A stretch of DNA of 64,000 bases from a virus, in the IMG/VR virus record IMGVR_UViG_3300027797_000025, positions 4,230 to 68,229 of that record, one strand, 5' to 3'. The position numbers and the translations under genes were made by a program. Positions 36,066-45,086 of the stretch are shown here, in pieces (the first letter of the stretch is position 1; every line of letters starts with the position of its first letter). The notes beneath the pieces were generated by a model. That model did not search any database. It was not told the DNA's origin and was given only the letters and a program-made list of their open reading frames with translations.

Positions 36066-36719
36066 ATGGACAAATATTATGTGATAGTTGCAGGAAGCGG
36101 CTCAACTAGCCGTGCAAATCTAGAAGCGCTTATGGAAGATCATTTTTACGCACATGGCGCAGACGGTGTTGTTGTTTTACCTTATGAAATAAAACCAAGT
36201 CAAGGGCAGGTATTTGCTGCTCAACTGGCTAAAGATAAAAACAAAGAGCTAATTGTTTATACCAAATCAGGTAAGTTTGAAGGCCTACCGACATCAACTA
36301 TGGTTGAGGGCTTAGCTAAAGATGCCGCAAATGACTTTAAAAAAGAAAAATCTTTTGCGTTTCTATTGTGGGATGATGAAGACCCTAACAGCGTAAACCT
36401 ACTGGCCGATCTTGATGGTATTCCGTGCTTTGACTTAACAGACGGATTAAAAAGTATGTCATCGGCAGACGTTACCCGTATGGAAGCGCCAGTAATCCCT
36501 GAGCAAGAAACTATTAAGGTAGAAGCTGAGCAGGTCGAGGATGAAGAGGATGATGAAGAAGAAGACCTCTCCGAAGAAGAAGATCTTGATGAGGCCGACG
36601 AGGAAATTATGGAAAACCTCTACTACGGGGTTCAAGCCATAGCCCAGATCTTTGCCCAAGCTTTGATAGAAGCCATGGAAGATGCCCCAAACAAACCTTT
36701 AAAGGGCCCTGAGGCGTGA
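36066..36719 (+). CDS. Hypothetical protein with acidic tract
   Basis: GGAGG RBS before ATG 36066; D/E-rich C-terminal region. Confidence 0.65.
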   Translation: MDKYYVIVAGSGSTSRANLEALMEDHFYAHGADGVVVLPYEIKPSQGQVFAAQLAKDKNKELIVYTKSGKFEGLPTSTMVEGLAKDAANDFKKEKSFAFLLWDDEDPNSVNLLADLDGIPCFDLTDGLKSMSSADVTRMEAPVIPEQETIKVEAEQVEDEEDDEEEDLSEEEDLDEADEEIMENLYYGVQAIAQIFAQALIEAMEDAPNKPLKGPEA

Positions 36720-37552
36720 TTACAGGCTTACCCCTACAAGTGTTACAGGAGATGGCTAGACGCACCCGTAATCGGGGCGCTAGGCACCTTTATACAGAGT
36801 TGGGGGTTGCCCGAAATAAAGTTCAGGCGGCCATAACCTACTTACGTAATATCGGGGCAATTGAGACAAGTACCGTAAAGTTCGCAAATGGTAGCCCTAT
36901 TAAGAGCATTAATATCACGGATCTGGGTAACGAATTGCTGGGACATACTGTTGGTACATACAGTGGTACATACATACAGCAATCTGAGCAGAATAGCTAT
37001 ATACCCAATATAGCTTATTCATATATAAGTAAACCGAATAGCGAACAGGGTTCGCGGGAGGCACACATGAGTGAGTATTACTACGATGAGGATGAGCGCT
37101 TAGAGGCGCAACGCAAGTTCCGCGAAAAACAACATACTGAAAAAGTAGGGGCGCATGAGGAGAGGCGTCAACAGAGAATGGTTAAGCGCAGTCAATCTAA
37201 CGCGGTTAGTTGGTCTTCTACAGATTCCGCATTTGAGTTTGCCGAGCAGATGCACAGCCTGTGGCACATTAAGCCTTGGCAAGTGACCCGTAGCCGTTTT
37301 AGGTATGCCCTTGACGCTAAACGTAAAGAGTTCAACACTGATGGTTCTATTGAGCTGGAGATGATGAAGTTATTTTTTAGTCAGATCAAGCACGAAACAA
37401 AGCTCATAGATCCTGAGATTGTTTGGAAACGTTTTATTGTTCAGTTCCATAACTTGCTTACCGAGGTTCAGCGTTCTAAGGTTACTACCGAAGAGATTGA
37501 AGTTATTAAAGAGAAGGCCAAGCGTTCTTTGGAATGGATGGATAATGTTTAA
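36716..37552 (+). CDS. Replication initiator-like HTH protein
   Basis: N-terminal wHTH-like 'LYTELGVARNKVQAAITYLRNIGAI'; directly upstream of a DnaC-like loader. Confidence 0.55.
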   Translation: MITGLPLQVLQEMARRTRNRGARHLYTELGVARNKVQAAITYLRNIGAIETSTVKFANGSPIKSINITDLGNELLGHTVGTYSGTYIQQSEQNSYIPNIAYSYISKPNSEQGSREAHMSEYYYDEDERLEAQRKFREKQHTEKVGAHEERRQQRMVKRSQSNAVSWSSTDSAFEFAEQMHSLWHIKPWQVTRSRFRYALDAKRKEFNTDGSIELEMMKLFFSQIKHETKLIDPEIVWKRFIVQFHNLLTEVQRSKVTTEEIEVIKEKAKRSLEWMDNV

Positions 37553-38234
37553 ACTTGATGAGTTAAAAATTCGTCGTCGTTCATGGGTTCAAATGGCCAA
37601 CGTACCAACCGCACGTCTTGGTTGGACTTTAGAAGACTGCACTGAGGTTAACGATGAAGACCTCACCATGATTAGAAAATGGCTAGACGCCGTTAAGAAT
37701 AAAAAAGTAATTAGGGCTGTTGGTTCAAACGGGTGCGGTAAAGGACTTATGTTCTGGGGCACGCCAGGGCACGGTAAAACCACTTTAGCTTTATCAGTTA
37801 TACAAGAGGTAATGGCTACATTCCCCCTTGATGCGTTTGATGTTAAAGATAACGGCCCTTTAATTCGCCCTTGTTATTTTGCAACGTTCAACGCCATCTT
37901 AGATTTAAAGGGGGCTATGATGGACGGCCCAACTGACGACCAAGAGGTTGTTTACTCAGGAATGCTTGGGGAATGCCGAAATGACGCTTATAACATCAGA
38001 ATTCTTGTTATAGACGATGTTGGCAAAGAACATGCTAGTTTGAGCGGGTGGCAAAAAAATATGTTACATCACGTTTTACGTACCAGATTTAACAACGGAT
38101 TGCCTACTATTGTTACCACTAACATTGAGTTAGAAGATTGGGCAGGTCTATACGGTGACGCTACAGAAAGTTTTGCCAACGAAGCCTTTGGCTACCTCCC
38201 TATTACTTCTAAGCGTGGGGACTTACGACGATGA
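37545..38234 (+). CDS. DnaC/IstB-like helicase loader ATPase
   Basis: Walker A GTPGHGKT, Walker B ILVIDDVGKE, 'R..NGLPTIVTTN'. Confidence 0.85.
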   Translation: MFKLDELKIRRRSWVQMANVPTARLGWTLEDCTEVNDEDLTMIRKWLDAVKNKKVIRAVGSNGCGKGLMFWGTPGHGKTTLALSVIQEVMATFPLDAFDVKDNGPLIRPCYFATFNAILDLKGAMMDGPTDDQEVVYSGMLGECRNDAYNIRILVIDDVGKEHASLSGWQKNMLHHVLRTRFNNGLPTIVTTNIELEDWAGLYGDATESFANEAFGYLPITSKRGDLRR

Positions 38235-38548
38235 GGGAGCAAAACGTGAGTCAACCAACTAATCGTTTAGTACAGGTATTTTTAAGTCAAGCTCAAATAC
38301 CAGGCCCTGGGATCTTTGAAGTAAGTGCTAACGATGTTGGTGCTTTAAGATGTACTTGCCCTGGATACAACGCTCGCAAGTCTTGTAAACATACAAAGTT
38401 TGTACAGACTCGAATTGATAAAAATAACGGAAGCTACCCGTTAGAAATATCAAGCCGTGCTACAAAAGAAGACGCTTTAAAAGCAAAAGGGTCAAACGAT
38501 GAGTTTCGTGACTTTGTAATTAGGTTTGGAAAAATAGAGGTTTACTAA
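38231..38548 (+). CDS. SWIM zinc-finger protein
   Basis: CTCP......CKH. Confidence 0.75.
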   Translation: MREQNVSQPTNRLVQVFLSQAQIPGPGIFEVSANDVGALRCTCPGYNARKSCKHTKFVQTRIDKNNGSYPLEISSRATKEDALKAKGSNDEFRDFVIRFGKIEVY

Positions 38549-38955
38549 TGCTCAAAGGGGATATCAGTAATGAGCTCCCGCAAAGAATAATAGTAGTAGC
38601 CGACGTATTCTTAAATGTAGAGCGAATTGTAAAAAAGAAATTTAAAGTTTTCCCTGTTGTTACAGTTAATAAAAGTACTAGACGGGAAATATTAAGTTAT
38701 TTGTTTTTATTAACTAGCAGGCGCGGGGTAACTCTTGAGCTTGTTTCATTTGATTTATCTGAAGAAGAACTAAACGAGGTCATGCTTGTGCTTGACAAGA
38801 TGGGCACTAACCCATTTAGATATTGCACTACATACGATAGGTTTGAGCAGTTAGTTATTGAGCTTCCGTATAGACCCGAAGTTATAGGCGTGTTAGATTT
38901 ACCAACTCGTTTGCTACGATATGGACACTGGGGATTGGACTTCAATAGCTTATGA
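38548..38955 (+). CDS. Hypothetical protein in the replication module
   Basis: Translationally coupled ORF between the SWIM and DnaB genes. Confidence 0.65.
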   Translation: MLKGDISNELPQRIIVVADVFLNVERIVKKKFKVFPVVTVNKSTRREILSYLFLLTSRRGVTLELVSFDLSEEELNEVMLVLDKMGTNPFRYCTTYDRFEQLVIELPYRPEVIGVLDLPTRLLRYGHWGLDFNSL

Positions 38956-40178
38956 ACAACGACGCAAGATTAATTAGTAAGATCGTTGAAGATAAAAACA
39001 TAGGTGCTGCATTAGAGCGCAATGTAAACGAGCACTGGTTTGCTGATGTAAACGACAAGAAAATGTTTCGTTTTTTACACGATCATTACACTAATTATCA
39101 AGAGTGCCCAAGTCTTGACGTTATACTTGAAAACTTTCCAACTTATAAAACATTAGGTATCCAAGACCGTATTGATTATTTAATTGATAGGGCTGTTGAA
39201 AGCCGTCGCAAAGCCTCTGTCATTAAAACCATTGATGAGGTTTTATCTTCTATTGAAAAAAACCAAGACCATGAAGGCGCTATTATTTCTATGGAGCGCG
39301 GGTTAATTAGGTTAGAGGAAGAGGGCCTTACTAGATCTAATGATTTAGAAATTACAGATGCTGCTAAGCACGCCAAAGAGGAGTACGAGTTTCGCAAAGC
39401 AAACCCAGGGTTACTTGGGTTGGCTACAGGGTTTCCTACTATGGATGAGGCAACCTCTGGTTTACAGCCAGGTCAGCTAATTGTTATTGTTGCTCCACCA
39501 AAAACTGGTAAATCAACTTTGGCGTTACAGATTGCCTTAAATGCGCACCTAAATGGCAAAGTTCCAATGTTCATGTCATTTGAGATGAGCAACTCTGAAC
39601 AAAAGTCTCGGTACTACGCAATGCGGGCTCGAATATCTCACCGCAGGCTTATGACGGGCACCTTGAACCCTGATGAAGAAACACGCTACTTTAAGATTGT
39701 TGAAAGCATTGAGCGTATGAATGAGCGGTTCTGGTTTGTTGATTCTTCTGGCGGTCAAACAGTTGGCGCCGTAACAAGTAAAGTACAGAGCAAAAATCCA
39801 GATATTGTATTTATTGACGGCACCTATTTAATGATTGATGAGCAGTCTGGTGAGTCAAACACTCCTCAGGCTATTACTAACATCACTCGGTCTCTAAAAC
39901 GTTTGGCGCAGAAGATTAACAAGCCTATTGTTATCTCTACTCAAGCTCTTACTTGGAAGATGAAGAAGGGGCAGGTAACCGCCGACTCTATTGGTTACTC
40001 ATCTTCTTTCCACCAAGACGCAGACGTTATCTTTGGTCTACAACGAGAAGATGAGAATGTAGATGACACCCGTTTGCTTCGTGTTGTTGCTAGCCGTAAC
40101 GGTGGGCTTAGCGAAGTGTCTCTGATGTGGGATTGGAATACAGGGCACTTCCGCGAGATTAGCGATGATGACCTATGA
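38952..40178 (+). CDS. dnaB: DnaB-like replicative helicase
   Basis: 'TGFPTMD..T.GLQPGQL', APPKTGKS, SFEMS, 'QDADVI'. Confidence 0.92.
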   Translation: MNNDARLISKIVEDKNIGAALERNVNEHWFADVNDKKMFRFLHDHYTNYQECPSLDVILENFPTYKTLGIQDRIDYLIDRAVESRRKASVIKTIDEVLSSIEKNQDHEGAIISMERGLIRLEEEGLTRSNDLEITDAAKHAKEEYEFRKANPGLLGLATGFPTMDEATSGLQPGQLIVIVAPPKTGKSTLALQIALNAHLNGKVPMFMSFEMSNSEQKSRYYAMRARISHRRLMTGTLNPDEETRYFKIVESIERMNERFWFVDSSGGQTVGAVTSKVQSKNPDIVFIDGTYLMIDEQSGESNTPQAITNITRSLKRLAQKINKPIVISTQALTWKMKKGQVTADSIGYSSSFHQDADVIFGLQREDENVDDTRLLRVVASRNGGLSEVSLMWDWNTGHFREISDDDL

Positions 40179-41101
40179 CAATAGAAGAGATGACCGATAC
40201 GTTATCTCGCCTCGGCATTGAGGTATTAGATACTCGCGGGGATGAGATTAACGGTTATTGTGCCGCGCACGAGCAGCGTACAGGCCACATAGACCATAAC
40301 CCTTCTTGGTGGATTAACTCTGACTCAGGCGCCTTTATTTGCTTCTCCTGCGGTTGGAAGGGGAACCTTTACTCACTAGTTAGCTATATACAAGATATTG
40401 AGTACGCAAAGGTTGGGGATTGGTTAGGTTCTGCCGCTAGTCTTACTGCTCGCTTTAGTAGATTAACAAACGCTATTAAGCGCAAGCCTATTGAGGATGT
40501 AACAGTTGTTACTGAGTCAATGTTATCTGCTTACACACAGCCTCCAGAGTATGCGCTTGAGGTTCGTGGGTTATCTACAGAGAGCTCTGCTAAGCACGGG
40601 CTTTTATGGGATGAGCGCGCTGGTAACTGGGTCATTCCTATTAGAGAACCCTTAACAGGTACTCTATTAGGATGGCAAGAAAAAGGATTCTCTCACCGCT
40701 ATTTTAATAATAGACCTGTAAAAGTAAAAAAAAGCGGTAGTTTATTTGGGTATGAGCATTACAAAGGTGGAGACATGATTGTTGTTGAGTCCCCGCTGGA
40801 TGTTGTTAGGCTTAGTTCTATCGGTATTGAAGGCGCAGTTGCGACCTATGGGGCCATAGTGTCTGCCGCCCAATTCAATCTAATACGTGGCGCCGATAGG
40901 ATTATTTTTGCTATGGATAACGATGACGCTGGAAAAGCGTCATCTCAAGCCTTACTCGAACTGTGTAAGCAAATGGGTGTAGAGTGCTGGTTATTCAATT
41001 ACAGCGGTATTGATTTAAAGGATGTAGGCGGCATGAGTAGGTCAGAGGCTTTGACTGGATTGTCTACTGCACGCCATCAGTTACGAGGAGTAGCAAAATG
41101 A
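40175..41101 (+). CDS. dnaG: DNA primase (zinc finger + TOPRIM)
   Basis: C..H...CFSCG zinc finger, VVESPLD, DNDDAG. Confidence 0.88.
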   Translation: MTIEEMTDTLSRLGIEVLDTRGDEINGYCAAHEQRTGHIDHNPSWWINSDSGAFICFSCGWKGNLYSLVSYIQDIEYAKVGDWLGSAASLTARFSRLTNAIKRKPIEDVTVVTESMLSAYTQPPEYALEVRGLSTESSAKHGLLWDERAGNWVIPIREPLTGTLLGWQEKGFSHRYFNNRPVKVKKSGSLFGYEHYKGGDMIVVESPLDVVRLSSIGIEGAVATYGAIVSAAQFNLIRGADRIIFAMDNDDAGKASSQALLELCKQMGVECWLFNYSGIDLKDVGGMSRSEALTGLSTARHQLRGVAK

Positions 41102-41628
41102 TTATTGGGCTTTCAGGGTACGCGCAATCAGGCAAAGACACTTTGGCTGGGATGCTTATTGGCCTTCACAAATATGAGAACAGATCTTTTGCTGACCCTA
41201 TACGTAAGTTGTTGTATGAAACAAACCCTTTAGTAAAAGATGAATATAGGGTTAAAAGTGTTGTTGATGCGTACGGCTGGGACAAAGCTAAAGTAGAGTT
41301 TCCAGAACTTAGAGGCCTTCTTCAAACTTTAGGAGTTGGTGCGCGTACTGTGTTTAATGACCAGTTTTGGGTAGCTCAAGGGTTAGCTGGTTTATCTGCT
41401 GGTGACAAAATTGTTATTACTGACGTTAGATTTCCAAATGAAGCGGACGCTATAAAAGATTTAGGCGGTCAAATCTGGCGCGTTAAACGTTTTGGTGTTG
41501 ACGCTGTTAATGAGCACGTCTCTGAGACTGCTATGGACGGTTACAAAGTTGACCAGATTTTTATAAACAGCGGTTCTATTGAAAATCTTATGGCTTTGTT
41601 GCAGGCTCGCATGAGGCAGTTTGTATGA
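41098..41628 (+). CDS. Deoxynucleoside monophosphate kinase
   Basis: 'IIGLSGYAQSGKDT', 'FADP', 'ITDVRFPNE', 'HVSE'. Confidence 0.88.
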   Translation: MIIGLSGYAQSGKDTLAGMLIGLHKYENRSFADPIRKLLYETNPLVKDEYRVKSVVDAYGWDKAKVEFPELRGLLQTLGVGARTVFNDQFWVAQGLAGLSAGDKIVITDVRFPNEADAIKDLGGQIWRVKRFGVDAVNEHVSETAMDGYKVDQIFINSGSIENLMALLQARMRQFV

Positions 41629-43214
41629 CTTTTACTGGCACCCTTCTCCCTTACCAGCCTGAGGCAGTAAACCTCATGTGCGAACGTGCTCGCATGCTTG
41701 TTGCTTACGACCTTGGGCTGGGAAAGACAGTGCTTACCATTGCCGCCCTAGAACGGCTTATGGATGAGGGCAAAATTAAAGAACCAGGCCTTATAATCTG
41801 CTTATCTTCATTGAAATATCAGTGGGCTAATCAGATTGAGAAATTTACAGATGGAACTTCTAAAGCTTTGGTCATTGACGGAACACCGAAGAAAAGAAAA
41901 GAACAGTACGCCGAAGCTATGGACTGGCGGACTAGCGGGGTTGATTACATTGTGCTTAACTATGAGCAAATTGTTAACGACTGGGACCAAGTACGACAGC
42001 TCCCGCGAGGATTTGTCGTGCTTGACGAAGCAACCGCTATCAAATCTTTTAAATCAAAACGATCCAAAGCAGTAAAGAAATTAGTTAATACCCCCTTTAG
42101 ATTTGCTTTAACGGGCACGCCTATAGAAAACGGCAAACCAGAAGAGCTTTACTCAATTATGCAGTTTGTAGATGCAAGTGTTCTCGGGCGCTTTGATATA
42201 TTTGATTCCGCTTTTATTGTTAGAAACTCTTGGGGCGCCCCTCAATATTATAGAAATTTAGATACTCTTCATACAAAGATGAAAGAGGCTTCTGTTCGTA
42301 AAGCTCAAAAAGATCCAGATGTCGCCCCCTACTTGCCAGACACTATTCACAACGATCCAATCAAAATTAATTTTGATCGTAAGTGTTCAAAGCTATACTC
42401 TCGAATTGTTGACGACTTACTATTTGATTTAGACGAAGCTCAAGCTTTATTTGGCTCATCCTTCAACGTGCTATCTCATTATGGGTACTCTTCTCAGCGC
42501 GGCGGGCCTGCGGAAGAAATGCGCGGTAAGATTATGTCTAAGATTGGGGCATTAAAGATGCTCTGTTCCCACCCTGACCTTCTTCGCACCAGCGCATTTA
42601 AATTTAATTTGCAAATGGGTGAAGGCTCTTCTTACGCAAACGATTTGAATAGCTCTGGCGCCATAGACGGCGTTATTACCTCTCCCAAATTAGATTATCT
42701 TATTCAATATGTTAAAGAGTTTCTTGAACAGGACGACGCAAATAAAGTAGTTATTTTTGCTACATACGTAGACATGCTTGACAAGATTGCTGAGGCGCTT
42801 GGCCCTGATCAGTGTCGGTTATACTCAGGAAAGTTAGATGCCAAAACTAAAGAGGAGAATAAAATTGCTTTTAACACTGATCCTAGTATTCGGGTGCTTA
42901 TTTCTTCAGATGCTGGCGGTTATGGTGTGGATTTACCTGCGGCTAATCTCCTCGTCAACTACGACTTACCATGGTCATCAGGAGCCGCCGTCCAAAGAAA
43001 CGGACGTATAAAAAGAGCGTCTTCCGTTTGGCCGTCTATTGTTATTCAAGATCTGTTAGTTGAGGGGTCTATTGAGATCCGCCAATATGAGTCTTTACAA
43101 CAAAAAAGCTCAGTAGCTGACGCTATTCTTGATGGTGAAGGCTTAGATAAAGACGGCGGAGTGCCTTTAAGTGTTGGGGGCCTTAAACAGTTTTTAGCAT
43201 CAGCTATAATTTAA
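41625..43214 (+). CDS. SNF2-family helicase
   Basis: LGLGKT, DEAT, LTGTPIEN, 'QRNGRIKR'. Confidence 0.9.
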   Translation: MTFTGTLLPYQPEAVNLMCERARMLVAYDLGLGKTVLTIAALERLMDEGKIKEPGLIICLSSLKYQWANQIEKFTDGTSKALVIDGTPKKRKEQYAEAMDWRTSGVDYIVLNYEQIVNDWDQVRQLPRGFVVLDEATAIKSFKSKRSKAVKKLVNTPFRFALTGTPIENGKPEELYSIMQFVDASVLGRFDIFDSAFIVRNSWGAPQYYRNLDTLHTKMKEASVRKAQKDPDVAPYLPDTIHNDPIKINFDRKCSKLYSRIVDDLLFDLDEAQALFGSSFNVLSHYGYSSQRGGPAEEMRGKIMSKIGALKMLCSHPDLLRTSAFKFNLQMGEGSSYANDLNSSGAIDGVITSPKLDYLIQYVKEFLEQDDANKVVIFATYVDMLDKIAEALGPDQCRLYSGKLDAKTKEENKIAFNTDPSIRVLISSDAGGYGVDLPAANLLVNYDLPWSSGAAVQRNGRIKRASSVWPSIVIQDLLVEGSIEIRQYESLQQKSSVADAILDGEGLDKDGGVPLSVGGLKQFLASAII

Positions 43215-43259
43215 AGCATTTACACCCAACAACCTACACAGAGAAGGTATAATTGTTCA

Positions 43260-43412
43260 ATGCCTAACGCACCTAAGACCCCTACGCGTACTATCCGCGT
43301 ACCTGATGACCTATGGCTTGCTGTTCAAAAAAAAGCTGCTAAAGAAGGCGTCACAGTTACTAGTGTCATTATTAAAGCACTAGCGGCTTATATTGCTGAG
43401 GTTGACAGCTAA
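43260..43412 (+). CDS. Ribbon-helix-helix DNA-binding protein (not in ORF track)
   Basis: 50 aa, 'TRTIRVPDDLWLAVQKKAAKEGVTVTSVIIKAL'; TATAAT 6 nt upstream of the ATG. Confidence 0.8.
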   Translation: MPNAPKTPTRTIRVPDDLWLAVQKKAAKEGVTVTSVIIKALAAYIAEVDS

Positions 43413-43430
43413 CCTTTAAAGCATTAAGTT
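43402..43430 (+). promoter_or_regulatory. SigA-type promoter
   Basis: TTGACA-17 nt-TAAGTT upstream of the gene at 43455. Confidence 0.6.
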
Positions 43431-43454
43431 ATTCTTCTAGTTAAAGGGGATAAC

Positions 43455-43856
43455 ATGGAAGACCAAGAACTTAAAAATACTATTCGTCAATATCTTATGC
43501 TCAAGGACGAACTTGATTTAATTACCAAGCGTCAAACAGAAATTAAACAACGACTTATTACAGTTGTAGACGCAGTAGAGGCCGATGATCGAGGCCATCG
43601 CATACTTACAATCACTGATGAAGTTACAGGAGATGTAACTCTTACACGTCAACGCCGTGTTTCTAAATCACTTGACATGGATGTTGCAGAAGAAATTCTT
43701 ACTAAAAAAGGCATCAAAGATTTTTGCATAAAAATGGTTCCTACTATTGATGAGGGAGCTATCATGTCTGCGTTTTATGAAAACTATTTAACAGAAGAAG
43801 ATATTGACGCTATGTTTCCCTCTAAAGTATCGTACGCATTTTTATTGGATAAGTAA
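43455..43856 (+). CDS. Hypothetical protein
   Basis: N-terminal coiled coil; AAGGGG RBS. Confidence 0.7.
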   Translation: MEDQELKNTIRQYLMLKDELDLITKRQTEIKQRLITVVDAVEADDRGHRILTITDEVTGDVTLTRQRRVSKSLDMDVAEEILTKKGIKDFCIKMVPTIDEGAIMSAFYENYLTEEDIDAMFPSKVSYAFLLDK

Positions 43857-44326
43857 TGTCAGATGAGATAGACAAGTTATTTGAAGATCTGGATTCTTAT
43901 TACCCTAACAGCAAACGTAAAAGAAAGCCGTTGGTAGAGAAGGCTCCAGAAGTAAAACTAGATCTACACTGGGATACTAAGCCTTATAAAAAAACTTTGC
44001 CTAACGGCAATGAGGTAGAGATGTTTACTATTGGGCCCCTTGCTGCGGCCCTAGGTCGTCCAGTTATTACTATCCGTACTTGGATAAAAGAGGGGTACTT
44101 ACCCGCCTCACCATATAGACTTCCCGCTAAGAAGGACTCTAAGGGGGATGACCATCAAGGCCGTAGACTTTACTCTAGGGCTATGGTGGAAGCAGTAATT
44201 CGGTTGTTTGATTCGGCTGGACTTCTAAACATAAAACGTATAGAATGGTCTGCACACCGACAGCTCAGCAATGAGATAGCCGAGGCTTGGAATAACATCC
44301 GAGCAAACGAAACTAAACCAAACTAA
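43856..44326 (+). CDS. MerR-like HTH DNA-binding protein
   Basis: 'FTIGPLAAALGRPVITIRTWIKEGYLP...RRLYS'. Confidence 0.75.
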   Translation: MSDEIDKLFEDLDSYYPNSKRKRKPLVEKAPEVKLDLHWDTKPYKKTLPNGNEVEMFTIGPLAAALGRPVITIRTWIKEGYLPASPYRLPAKKDSKGDDHQGRRLYSRAMVEAVIRLFDSAGLLNIKRIEWSAHRQLSNEIAEAWNNIRANETKPN

Positions 44327-44346
44327 AATAAAAGGATGATAAACAA

Positions 44347-45015
44347 ATGGCAGTAAACAGAACAGATGAGTACGTAGCAGAGAACGACGAGTTTTCTAAC
44401 ACAGCAATTGAAGACCGACCAGCCCAGAGCACAAGCTCAGTAATTCAATCTGGTTGGGAAGCCGCAGATAAAGCATCTGCACCAGCAGGCGGTTACCCAG
44501 TTGAATTTAAATTCAACGATGGTGACTTTCAAGTAATTAAATTCCTTGACCAAGATGGCCCGTTCGCCATCTATAAGCAGCACTTCTTGTCACAAATTAC
44601 ATCAGGTAAGCGTTCATTCATTTCACTAGGTGCTAATGACCCGTTGTGTGTAAAGATTGGCAGTAAGCCTGAAGATAAAAAAGCATTTACAGTTGCTAAC
44701 CTCAGCGCACCTGGTGGCCCGCAGCGTCAAATGCTTATTGCAAGCCCACGTTTGTACAAATCACTACATGCCGCACACTTCTCCCCAGCAGGGCCTTTAA
44801 CAAAGAACTACTGGGCAGTTAGTCGTACAGGCAAGATGCAATCAACTGTGTACCATATTAATCCAGTTAAGCCACGTGACCTCGCTGAGGACTGGGGCAT
44901 TACAGATGAAGAGGCAATTGAAAAAGCAATTGCTGCAATGGTGCCGTTTGAACGCTCCGCTATCAAGGAGCCAACTTGGGAAGAACTAGAAGCAGTTGCT
45001 TCTTCACTTCTTTAA
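44347..45015 (+). CDS. Single-stranded DNA-binding protein (putative)
   Basis: Highly biased codons; 'IKFLD..PFAIYKQH', 'YWAVSRTG....TVY'; located upstream of polA. Confidence 0.6.
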   Translation: MAVNRTDEYVAENDEFSNTAIEDRPAQSTSSVIQSGWEAADKASAPAGGYPVEFKFNDGDFQVIKFLDQDGPFAIYKQHFLSQITSGKRSFISLGANDPLCVKIGSKPEDKKAFTVANLSAPGGPQRQMLIASPRLYKSLHAAHFSPAGPLTKNYWAVSRTGKMQSTVYHINPVKPRDLAEDWGITDEEAIEKAIAAMVPFERSAIKEPTWEELEAVASSLL

Positions 45016-45025
45016 TAAATAGTTC

Positions 45026-45072
45026 GCTGAAAGGCTAGGGCCTATATCCCCTGGCCCTAGCCTTTCGGCTTT
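45026..45072 (+). terminator. Intrinsic terminator / long hairpin
   Basis: GCTGAAAGGCTAGGGCC...GGCCCTAGCCTTTCGGC followed by TTT. Confidence 0.75.
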
Positions 45073-45086
45073 ATAAGGGGTGCATC

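Noticed and set aside
45043-45082. Possible pseudoknot between the hairpin loop (CCCCT) and the polA SD (AGGGG)
   Set aside because: Only about 5 bp of pairing, and the linker is too short to span the 17-bp stem.
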